From Craspedostauros australis (lineage: Eukaryota), in the NCBI GenBank assembly GCA_030167865.1, contig JALAGF010004795.1:1-50101 (forward strand): a DNA stretch of 50,101 nt, read 5' to 3'. A model generated the notes under the pieces. That model was given only the letters and a program-made list of their open reading frames with translations, was not told the origin of the DNA and did not search any database. The position numbers were made by a program, and so were the translations under genes. Positions 22,843-33,100 of this stretch are shown here, piece after piece. The stretch's first letter is position 1. Every line of letters begins with the position of its first letter.

Positions 22843-23256
22843 GGTGATTGTCGTTGTCTGGTTATTGCTGACGATTTCTTGTTTTTGTGAGAGAAAGGAG
22901 GCATCGACGAATCTCACACCATCCCAACCAACAACCACGCGGCAGCGCTGTGCCGGAGAAAGCGAAAAACAAACCAACGCAACGCGGTGCAGCTGTGGAG
23001 AAGGAGCAAGCTTGAACCACGGACGCGACAAAACAACGCGGAGGCAAAGTGGTCATCTTTCCCTTTCCTTGTGGGCGACGTGGAGTGCAACGCGGCGATT
23101 CCTTCAAGTTCAAGGAAATCCAATGCTGTGGAAAATCGAACTTCCGCCGTGCTCCTTGGTACTGACTGTACGCACGCCGTCGCATTGAACTCAGATCTTT
23201 GGATGAAAAAGGATTCTCGTTGAACTCGACTTCCGAAGATACCTTGGGTGGATACT

Positions 23257-23272
23257 GTGGTTGGCCAACCAC
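23257..23272. promoter_or_regulatory. Perfect 16-bp palindrome GTGGTTGGCCAACCAC in the Lhcf/TM9SF divergent promoter
   Basis: Self-reverse-complementary sequence seen directly, ~415 bp upstream of the Lhcf ATG. Regulatory role is inferred. Confidence 0.4.
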
Positions 23273-23641
23273 GACTCGGACGCCACCTCATCAATACCCG
23301 GAGGCGATTAGTCGAATGGATCGGAAGATGAAGGTATGACTCGTTCGATCAATCCTATCAATATCTGTGTGGTCGTACGAATCAAGGATAGTTTCGTCGC
23401 CGAATCTGCGCAATCAAGAACAAAACACATCAAAATTCAAACTCTCGCAGTCCCTCATGCAAACTTGTACGACTACACGCCAGCATCGTGGGCGACCGCG
23501 CAATCGCATTGCCCCCAACACACCCATCACGTCAAGTCGCAGAAAAGAAGGTTTCGGACAGAGCACAACGTTTGCCTCGTCCTCCCAGCGACAACGAGAC
23601 GACCACTCTTCACGACACACACCTGATCGCACCTGCCTGAC

Positions 23642-23788
23642 GCAGCCTCTGGAGCCTCTCTACTATACTCAACGTGTATCTGCGACCTAGGCATATCAGC
23701 GGCGCCCGGACAGCAGCCTCTGGAGCCTCTCTACTATACTCAACGTGTATCTACGACCTAGGCATATCAGCGGCGCCCGGACAGCAGC
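23642..23788 (+). repeat. 71-bp tandem duplication (2 copies, 1 mismatch) bounded by GCAGC microhomology
   Basis: Copies start at 23642 and 23713 and differ only at TGCGAC vs TACGAC; GCAGC recurs at 23784-23788. Confidence 0.95.
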
Positions 23789-23845
23789 GCTCCACAACAA
23801 CAAGTGGATAGAAAGCCTCCTCAGATCCCCAGCAAGGCTGCCACC

Positions 23846-26077
23846 ATGATCGCAGATTCTCTCATCACCGCGCTGATCATCATCAACGTCTTTGCGTCTG
23901 ATGGGCGCCATGGCGACAATTTCGCCAGCGTCCAACTCGCACAGGCCGCCAAGGCCAAGCCAAATAGCTATCGCAAAGGCGACCCGATCAAGCTGTGGGT
24001 TGGCTCCATGACGTCTGCGCAGCATCAATACCCGTGGGAATACTACAAGTTCCCGTTCTGCAAACCCGATCAAATCACTCACAAGAGCGAAACAGCAGGC
24101 GATTTGATCAAGGGAGCCAGGTTCGAAAGCACGCCGTACTCCATCAACATGCTGGAAGACGTGTATTGCCAAACCGTGTGCAGCTCAAACGTGGGACGTG
24201 CCTCGTCGTCCGGAGGCATCCGACCAAATAAGCTGACTCGAGCCGTGGAAGACCACTACCACACCCATTGGTGGTTGGACGGCCTGTACGCCGCTGCAAT
24301 ATTTGAGAATGACATGACCACGATGACATGGTTCGCAGATGCAGGGATTCCGCTTGGCGTCATCCCTGAGTTCAGCCATAATGAGGTGTATCTGTTCAAT
24401 CATTACAACTTCCTCATCTTTTACAACAATCCATCCAAGTCTAGCTCCAGCTCAGGCGGTAGCGGCACGGATGAGGATGCACAGTACAATATTGTCAGGT
24501 TCGAAATCGAACCATTCAGCATCAACCACACCATGGGCATCAGCGAGACTGGCGAACCTGAGTTTATCAACCCAATCAAATCCTGCGATCGCACCAAGAC
24601 TGACCCGCTTCACACAGCTTTCGAGATGGTCCACACCTCGTCGAGGCCGTATCAACCATCTCATGGGGAGGTCATCTTCACATACGACGTCATCTGGACG
24701 GAACTCCCAGATGTTCACTGGAGTGAGCGATGGGATATCTACAATTCCATGGACGGTGCTGTCCCAGAGCAAGTGTTCAGATACAGTTCCATCAATTCCA
24801 TCTTCGTCATCTTCGGGCTATTGGCCATCCTGGCCTACACCGTCGTCAAGATCGTCCGCGTGCACCAGAATCGTGGACAGGACAGCGCTCAAACTATGCA
24901 CGCTGCGTCTCAGCCCTTGACTTCTGCCGATGCCAGTGGAACATTGGCGACCATGAGCCGCGAACAACGGCAGGCCATTCTCCTGGCTCAGCTCGTCGAG
25001 AAAGTCGCCGCAATTCAGGGCGACGTCTTCCGCCCACCAAACGTTGCACCGCGCGCATTTGCGGTTGCCTGCGGAACTGGAGCGCAATTGCTCGCGGCTA
25101 TCCTCCTCACGATGGGATACAAGAGCACGACCAGCGTGTCCAGAGACGTCCATCAGTACTCCACGGCCACCACACTTTTATGGTCGTATGCGCTATCGGG
25201 CATCGTGGGCGGATACGTGGCAGGCGGCATGAGCAAGTACCTGTGCCAGGAGGCCAGCGATATTGGACTCTCTGTCAAGCAGACTGCGTTCGCCTTCCCG
25301 GCGATGGTGGCACTGTATCACGTTTGTGTCGAAATCTTGGCCTGGTGGGAAATGAGCACGCTCGTCATGCCATTCTCCGCGGAGCTATATATCATCGTGA
25401 TCTGGCTGATGGTGGGAGTTCCGTTGGTCTATGTTGGCGGCAACCTATCAGGCAAGCATTTTGTGCTCAACATTCCAAACAGCGCCGCGAGAGTAGAGCA
25501 GCGCCCAATTCCGCGTCAAAAGTGCATGAACTGGCCCATCTTCACGGGACTATTGTGCGGAGTCCTGTCTTTCGGTCCGATCTACGTCATCATGTACTTT
25601 GCCACGATGACATTCTGGTTCGGTTCCAGCTTCGACCACCCGAAGACGTTGCTCTTCCACTCCACGCTGATGCTGTTGACAGTCGGACTCAACGCGGTAT
25701 TCTTCACCTTGCAGCAATTTGCGAATGAAAATCACCGTTGGTGGTGGAGATCCTTCTTCAACGGCGGCAGCGTTGGCATTGTCCTCATCTGCTGGTTCAG
25801 TATAATCGGGAACCAGATGGAGCTGGATTCAGGAGCGTCCGCATTCCTGTACTTCTTCACCAACTTCATTTTCTCATTCGCCGTGTTCCTCATTGCGGGT
25901 TTTGTTGGATTCGTGGCGTCCTTCGTCTTCACCGTGATCCTGTACGGACATCTCTTCCCATCAACCGGTGCGATGGCCGAGGATGAAGTGACTGCGGGAT
26001 ACGCCATGCTGGAGGATCCGTTGCATCTCACCGTGGAACATCACACTGAAGATGATGGTGAACAGGGCAACGAATGA
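23846..26077 (+). CDS. Transmembrane 9 superfamily / EMP70 nonaspanin, divergent; single exon, 743 aa
   Basis: Signal peptide MIADSLITALIIINVFA. Lumenal motifs SYRKGDPIKLWV, YYKFPFCKP, YLFNHYNF, VIFTYDVIW, WSERWDIY. Then SSINS, GDVFRPP, GTGAQL, PLVYVGG, RPIP, ENHRWWWRSFFNGG and ~9 hydrophobic segments. Confidence 0.93.
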   Translation: MIADSLITALIIINVFASDGRHGDNFASVQLAQAAKAKPNSYRKGDPIKLWVGSMTSAQHQYPWEYYKFPFCKPDQITHKSETAGDLIKGARFESTPYSINMLEDVYCQTVCSSNVGRASSSGGIRPNKLTRAVEDHYHTHWWLDGLYAAAIFENDMTTMTWFADAGIPLGVIPEFSHNEVYLFNHYNFLIFYNNPSKSSSSSGGSGTDEDAQYNIVRFEIEPFSINHTMGISETGEPEFINPIKSCDRTKTDPLHTAFEMVHTSSRPYQPSHGEVIFTYDVIWTELPDVHWSERWDIYNSMDGAVPEQVFRYSSINSIFVIFGLLAILAYTVVKIVRVHQNRGQDSAQTMHAASQPLTSADASGTLATMSREQRQAILLAQLVEKVAAIQGDVFRPPNVAPRAFAVACGTGAQLLAAILLTMGYKSTTSVSRDVHQYSTATTLLWSYALSGIVGGYVAGGMSKYLCQEASDIGLSVKQTAFAFPAMVALYHVCVEILAWWEMSTLVMPFSAELYIIVIWLMVGVPLVYVGGNLSGKHFVLNIPNSAARVEQRPIPRQKCMNWPIFTGLLCGVLSFGPIYVIMYFATMTFWFGSSFDHPKTLLFHSTLMLLTVGLNAVFFTLQQFANENHRWWWRSFFNGGSVGIVLICWFSIIGNQMELDSGASAFLYFFTNFIFSFAVFLIAGFVGFVASFVFTVILYGHLFPSTGAMAEDEVTAGYAMLEDPLHLTVEHHTEDDGEQGNE

Positions 26078-27763
26078 ACCAAAGAATGAAGGGATGGACT
26101 CGTGCCTGTTGCGCAGGACATCATCTAGGAGCTGACTTGGGAGACAGCACGGCGCACAATACTATACAACAACTTTTGATCCTTCATGAAAAACGCCATT
26201 ACCATTACGTACGTACTCTAATTCCTTTTGCTTTCTAGTGATACTTGTGAATCTACTGCAATATCCCGTTGGAGCAAAGAATGCTATTATACTTGGACAT
26301 TGTGTTGTGGAAGATGTGTACGTGCTCTGGAATTATGTACGAGTGGAGGACGGGAATGCGGTTGTATCGGCATTGCGTGGAAGCAGCTATGTCATACCTG
26401 TATTCAGCAAGTCTTGTAGCTGCCACCCTCGATGAGTGTCTCTGGGGAGGGGAAGTGCTCGTGGTCTCTCCGCAGTTCCGTCAGGATCGATGAAGCGCAG
26501 CACCCAACTGAACAAGGCGCAATCCTGATCGCTTCAATTCACCCCAGTTGGTTACGTGTTGCATTCTTCAGCTTGGAACGCATTGGCGCTACATGGGCTC
26601 CATCAGCATGCGCAATCACCTCTAATTGCTGATGATGGTCCAGGACACACATGGCGCAAGGCTTCTCTGACCCTCGATCGCACGTTGCTGAAGTCCATGT
26701 GAGAATCAAATGAACCAAAGAGAAAAATTGATGTGAGAAATCCATGTGCCATTGTCCGTGCCAATATGCCGTGCCTCATCACACCGTACTCCAACAACAG
26801 TTGTGGGAATCATCATACAAATGCCTCGTTCTGTAAATCGACATGGAGGTTTGCATTACATAACGTAACCAAAGTTCTCTCCGACTCGTCATCTAAAACG
26901 ATAAAATCCTTTGATTCCCCTTCTGTTGTGTGGTACAAGCATCATACAGCGATGCGTTGTGTCACCTGCATCCCATGATCTTGCATTCGCTTGCTAATTC
27001 GCTTGCTATTCCGCTCCCACTTACCGCTCTGGAACTCCATCTGGGCTTTGGAGGCGTGATGCGGCTGTGATGGCCAGGATACATTGGAGTATCATCCAAT
27101 CAGGCGTGCTGTTTGACTCTACCTTGTGTCATTGCATGGACTACGAGTAGTGATCGCTCTGGCTTGGCGTTGTTGTCGTGAATCGCCTTTGACCTCACAT
27201 CAGTCCGTGCCGGTCGCCCGCTTTGGCCGTAGCTTTTCCCCTTGCAGACCCAACCGACGCCGATCATCCCGTTGAGTGGATCAGATCATGGCGGCAGGTC
27301 GAATAAGGTATCACACCATGCGAATGCGGTGCGTTCACTTCATCTTCATCGTTGCATGAAGGTCGAGATCCTTTGCTGATTTGATTTGTGATGATTTGTG
27401 TTGATTGTGTGTTGGTTTCGTCAGCGCGACCGTTCATTGGTGGCAACAAAACGCCCACACACGGTCTCGCGTTGTTTCTCAGATTTCGGCACTTCAATCT
27501 GTTGATGTGAAATCGGTGGCTGTGACGGAGTCACGACCAACTGCCATTCACGAACCATCAAACGGATTCCATTTTCTTCCCACCGCAGTTCTCTGGCACA
27601 ATGCCGACGCCCTCCACCATGGTCCCTCACTGCGCATGACCACACCATCACAAAGCAACGAGAGCGGTGCATCACAATACTCGTCCTTTGGCCGAAGTCG
27701 TGCAATTGCCGGCGTCTATCACCAACGCGTATCAACAACGCGTATCATCAACTTGGACAACTG

Positions 27764-29968
27764 ATGACGTTCCGTCGTGAACGAATGCCGTCGATCGCGG
27801 CAAGATCAAAGGCAATGGCACTGTATTTATACGCCTTGTGTATGGTGGTCTCGAGCGTTTCCGGGTTCCTCGAGACGGCACCATATACAGCACCTTCTGC
27901 GATATCATCCCCCATCCAACATCACTGTGGATGTGGATTCCATCATGAGCTCACCAATGCGAGAGCTGGCAGCAACCGATCTCCGTATCGGTATCGGGAT
28001 GAAATCACTGCATTTGGTCTGGTGAAGCCATTCTCATCGACAAGAGCTTCATCCTCCTCCTCGCGCAGGAAGCAGCTTGAAGCGAGATCGAATCCGATGG
28101 GTGATTTTGACTACACCTCCGACACGACATCGATCAGCAACGACAGAGGCGACGACTCTCAGACTGCATCAACATCATCAACAGCATCGTCAGCACCAAC
28201 GCCAACAACAACAATGACTTCGGATCGACGGAGACGAGGTCCAATCCGTCGCAGATCTTCGGCCGCAGCCCAAGAAAAGGAACAACAAAGGGACGTGGCC
28301 AAGAAGAAGAATGCTGAGGCTCTCAAGGATCCAACGTTGCTGTCATCAATACCATTCCAGAACAGAGACGACATCCACCCCTCCACGAGGCGTGCAATTT
28401 CCGAACTTCTGGGCCTGAAGAGGATGACGACCATTCAGGCTAGGACATACCCAGCAGCGTTGGCGGGCAACAGCGTGCTGGGCCGAGCAAGGACCGGGAC
28501 TGGCAAAACAATCGCCTTCCTCCTGCCGGGCATCGAGCGGTTGCTGGAGCCCGACCTGGACTTGTACCGGCCAGGCCGCAGCATCGGCATGCTCGTCGTC
28601 GCACCCACCAGAGAACTGGCCATCCAGATCGCTGATCAGGCCGGCAGCCTCCTCACGTATCACAACGGCATGAGCGTCGCCTGCATCTACGGTGGCACCA
28701 AGATGCAACGCGACATGCGGATTTTCACCAACAAAAGCGGCCTTCCCACCATCTTGGTTGCCACGCCTGGACGGTTGCTCGACCATCTCCAAACAACCCG
28801 CATTCAAGGGCGCAAGTTCAGCGACGTGGTCTCCGAAACCAAGATCACCGTCTTCGATGAGACTGACATTCTGTTTGGAAACTTCCGGAATGAGATCCGA
28901 AACATCCTGACCTACCTCCCGAGATCTGACAAGCGCCAAACGATGCTCTTCTCCGCCACCATGCCAAACAAGCTGCGCATCAGCTTGCGGGACAGCTTCA
29001 AAATCAGCTTTGAGGAAGTCGATTGTGTGGATGCGACGTCCAAGAAGGAAGAGACGAATATCCGGGTGAAGCAATCATACGTGGTGATGGATTCGATGGA
29101 GAATTACTTGACGTACCTGATCGCTGTCATATTGTACTGCCAACCGGACACGTCTACAAACGATGCAAATGATACCAACAACACCAACAACGACGTCAGC
29201 AGCAACAGCACCAGCAGCAGCGAAAACTCAAAGTTGATCATCTTCTTCCCCACCAACAAGCTAGCCAGGCTCTTCCATGGCATCTTCCAGGAGGTCCAAC
29301 TGGGAACACCCTTGTTCCAACTGCACTCCAGCATGTCACAAGCATCCCGCAATCGATCCAGCGAGCAATTCCGCAATGCCAATCAGGGAATCCTTCTTAC
29401 GAGCGATGTATCGGCCAGAGGTGTGGACTATCCCGGCGTAAGCCATGTCATTCAATTTGGTGCACCAAGAACAAAAAATGGTTACGTCCATCGTCTTGGC
29501 AGAACAGGCAGAGCCGGGCAAGAAGGCAAAGGATTGGTGGTGTTGATGCCATTTGAAGGAGGTTTTGCGAGCGCGCTCAAAAAACGACAAGCACGGGTGG
29601 ATCGAAACTTCCAAGATTGGGTGTCGGCGAATGATGGTAGCACTACCATTAGCAGCGATAATGACGCGCAGACCGAAGAACAGGATGTTGATGGTACGGC
29701 CAAGCAGAACATCCGTGCCCCGAGGAGTGCGTCAGCCTCCCTGCAAAGCTGGGTTGGAATTTGCCAGCAAACAGTCGCGAGGGCAAATCCTCGATTGGTG
29801 GCACACTTGGAGGCATCGTATTTGTCTTTCATCGCGTACTATGTCGGCTTGGGAAACGACCTCGTTCCCAACAAGGTGGTAGAGTCGGCCAACGACATGT
29901 TGCGGTCATGTGGAGCCGAGCGTACGCCTGAGATCGACCAAGACCTCGCCAAGCGTCTTCGGCTATGA
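27764..29968 (+). CDS. DExD-box RNA helicase (Mss116-like clade) with DETD motif II and a probable plastid-targeting presequence; up to 734 aa
   Basis: Q motif (MTTIQ), I ARTGTGKT, Ia APTRELA, GG, Ib TPGRLLDHL, II DETD, III SAT, IV IIFFPT, V TSDVSARGVD, VI HRLGRTGRAG. Alternative ATGs at 27785 and 27815 precede the hydrophobic stretch LYLYALCMVVSSVSG|F. Confidence 0.92.
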   Translation: MTFRRERMPSIAARSKAMALYLYALCMVVSSVSGFLETAPYTAPSAISSPIQHHCGCGFHHELTNARAGSNRSPYRYRDEITAFGLVKPFSSTRASSSSSRRKQLEARSNPMGDFDYTSDTTSISNDRGDDSQTASTSSTASSAPTPTTTMTSDRRRRGPIRRRSSAAAQEKEQQRDVAKKKNAEALKDPTLLSSIPFQNRDDIHPSTRRAISELLGLKRMTTIQARTYPAALAGNSVLGRARTGTGKTIAFLLPGIERLLEPDLDLYRPGRSIGMLVVAPTRELAIQIADQAGSLLTYHNGMSVACIYGGTKMQRDMRIFTNKSGLPTILVATPGRLLDHLQTTRIQGRKFSDVVSETKITVFDETDILFGNFRNEIRNILTYLPRSDKRQTMLFSATMPNKLRISLRDSFKISFEEVDCVDATSKKEETNIRVKQSYVVMDSMENYLTYLIAVILYCQPDTSTNDANDTNNTNNDVSSNSTSSSENSKLIIFFPTNKLARLFHGIFQEVQLGTPLFQLHSSMSQASRNRSSEQFRNANQGILLTSDVSARGVDYPGVSHVIQFGAPRTKNGYVHRLGRTGRAGQEGKGLVVLMPFEGGFASALKKRQARVDRNFQDWVSANDGSTTISSDNDAQTEEQDVDGTAKQNIRAPRSASASLQSWVGICQQTVARANPRLVAHLEASYLSFIAYYVGLGNDLVPNKVVESANDMLRSCGAERTPEIDQDLAKRLRL

Positions 29969-30193
29969 CGAAGATGATGGCGACTTTCGTAACAGCTAAT
30001 ACGCGTACGCGGATGGTCGCAGCACAAACGAGAGCAATTCGAACAGCCCATGCTTCTATCACATCACACTGCAAGACAGCAGAATGGCGCGACAATTGTG
30101 CTCGTACCACGGTGTCAACACTATCCCATAGTCGGCGCACGGGCCTCTTAGCTTTCCCGCGAACTGATGATGGCGTTTCCATTTGCGCTTGTC

Positions 30194-33100
30194 TTAAAAC
30201 CATGGATGGTAGTTCGATGGCATCATACACAGATTCTCCGGATTTGCTGCCGCAGCGTAAAGCTCACGAGCCCTGGCATCGACAACCGTCGTCTTCTGAG
30301 GCTTGCGCGACGGAGAGCATTCCGCGATTCTTGCCTGCATCATGGCAACGTTCCTACTCACGCGCTCGATGAGCTGCTTCTCTAGCTCCTGCATCTTGGA
30401 ATCGCTCTTCGCCACGGACTTGCTATACCACGACAGGATATCATCACGCATCAGCAATCGGAGGATCGGATCGAAGTCAGCGCGGTTCTCCCGAATCGCG
30501 GCAGCGGCCGTGACGAATGCCTTCAAGAAAGCACCATCGAGATGAGGGTAGCCTATCAGGCTTTGGATGTTGGGTGTCATTCGGTACGGCACCAATTGAC
30601 TTTCGATGAAGCCCTGGTTGGAGTACGATACGCGGAAGTCAGGCGACAACACGCGCCCATCGGACATCACCATGACGAACCTGGACGGCGTGCGTTCAGC
30701 CGTCGAAAATGCGTATTGGAGCAACGAATTGACCGCGACTTGAGTTGCGAATGACTTACGGAATTGGAAGAAGCACTCCGGATTGGGAAAGCTCTTCAAG
30801 ATGAAATCCCGTAAGATATCCTTGTCAACCTCCTTCTCGACGATGTTGTTGTAGACCTCCAGCCGCGCAGCTCTTTCCACCGACCTCTTGTCATCCACAG
30901 TTGATGTTGTCACCAGTTTCCCACCGATCTTCGTTTTGATGCCGTGCAGGAACTGACCTGCAATCTGCTCGTGCTTTTCGGGCTCAGAATGCCTCCAAAC
31001 CTCGTCCAGCGACATCCTCGAATCGACATCGAGTGTCATGCGGAGTCTCTGCGCAACTGGAATGGCGGCGTTTGGCTGGACGGAGAGGAACATTTTGGCA
31101 CTTCCCATGTGCCGGCGTAAGAACTTGTCGATCACGTACGCGGTTTGCGCAGCTCTTTCGTCCGTCCTGGTCCAGTAAGGGATGGCGAATTGCAGGAGGA
31201 AGCGGTACGTTCGTCCATCGCTGCCAACCATCCCCGCCCTGCGCACGAGCTGGTCGTTGCGTCTGATGACTTCGACGAAGGGTTGGAATCGAACCAACTT
31301 CACATGAAGCTCAGGGTTCGGTCTCATGTCCGAAGACGTACAGGAGTTCGGACAGTACTGGCCGGGAATCTCAATGGCCACGGAACCCCCTCCGAAATCA
31401 CCACCGATGCCCTCTCTCGCCATCGCCACGATGGTCGCATTTGTAGCTGCGTTCGCGGCTCTCTTCGCGTCTGCCGCGGAAGACGACGCAGTCCCCGATT
31501 GTCCTGACGATTCTCCGTTGATCTTCTCGCGTTCGGATAACGTCATCAACTGCCTCGGATCGCACGATCCTGGCCAAAGATCGGGCACCTCACCCGCGAA
31601 CATGGCCAACGGCTGAGACGACTCGATAAGCGGCAGCTTCTTGGGCGTGCAAGCAACCTGGGATTCGAGCTTTCGTTTCCATTTTTGTAACCGCACGATG
31701 TACTCTTGGAGCGTGAATTCTGGCTTGGTGGCTGCGCCTGGCGCCTTGGCTTCGGGCCTGTCAGTCGACTGTGGTGGTGGTTGTTGTTGTTGCTGCGATT
31801 GTCCCAGTCTAAAGTCTCTTTCGAACTCCACCTTGTACTTCCTCTTGAACTCGGCCGTCTTCTTGATCCTTTCGTCGCGACGGCTGGACATCGTGGATGC
31901 GTCCGTAGTCCTGAAGAATTTGGCCGCGATCCTGCTGAGTGTCTTGGACCACGACGACAGCATCGCGTCCTCGTGTTCCTTACGAGCCTCGTCCGGCAGC
32001 GAAGAACGCTCTGAATGTGTCTCTGCGCGTTCCAACAGCAGTGAGATCGTCACCAGCAGCTCCTCCTCGTACGAAGGACGGAATTTGACAATTAATTCTT
32101 CCAGTATCGCCTCAAGCGGACTCCAAAGTGACGCGTGGGATCGTCGCAGCGTTGACATCAACTCTTCTGCCGAGGAAACCGAATTCATGTGCTGGCTCGA
32201 TGTTGCGCTGATCCCCTTGGCACGTTCCACGTCCCGACGTTCGAGGTAGAACGCACGCAGCGAGTAGTACACCGCCTGGGGATAGCACTTGACGACCCTC
32301 GTGAGGATGGACTTCGCGCATATCCCCTCCGCACGGCAAAGACTCGTCAGCAGCTGTGGTATCCACGGCAGCCAAACCCACGAAGGAAGCGACTTGCCGC
32401 GGTTCTCCAAGGTCTGACAGAGAAGACCAGGCGACGCCCCATCCCTGGTGAGCATCCACAGACACTTTGGCAGGTGGATTCTGGAACGTTCCGCGGTTTC
32501 TATCTGGATGGCCTCGATGTAGCATCCCATGGCCTGCGCGAAGTATTGTGCGACCTTCTTGGCTGCTGCTGCTCTGGCATCCTTCGCTTCTGCGGGAGTC
32601 GCCGCCTTCGCGGCAAGCTGTTCCGCCTGCTTCTCCGACAACGACCCCATCGACGACCACAGCCCGCCCCAGCTTATCCACGTCCGCGCGTGCGTCTGGC
32701 ATATCTGCGCGGAGTGGCAGTACGCCTGGTTGGACTTGGATCTGCTGCCGAGGGAGGCGAGGAAGATGGCCTTCAATCGAAAAATCTCGCTCTTTTGCTG
32801 CTGATCGAAGAATGACAGATTGGTGGTGTTGATGAGGTTGAGTCCACCGGTGCGTTCCAAGTCAGACTCGGGATTTTTGTATGACAGTATTTGCTCTCGC
32901 AACCTCTGGTAGATGTCGGACACCTCCATGGTTCGGCTGTCTGTGAGTCGATTCAGCAACAGCAGAGCAGTCTCTCTCATGCCGTGCTTTCTGGCAGTCT
33001 TGGACATTCGGATCGCCGTCCATGGCCTGTCGTGCAGCGTCACAAGCACGCTTGGGTCGCTCCAGTGAAAGTTTGACGTGACAGCATTGAACATGTGAGT

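Noticed and set aside
23642-23788. CRISPR-like or LTR-like interpretation of the 71-bp repeat
   Set aside because: Only two abutting copies, with no spacer, no cas genes and no TG..CA LTR ends or internal element; the context is eukaryotic.
30194-31300. Active PIKK kinase (TOR/ATM/ATR/SMG1)
   Set aside because: Catalytic DRHxxN and DFG motifs are replaced, and the N-terminal motifs are Tra1-specific.
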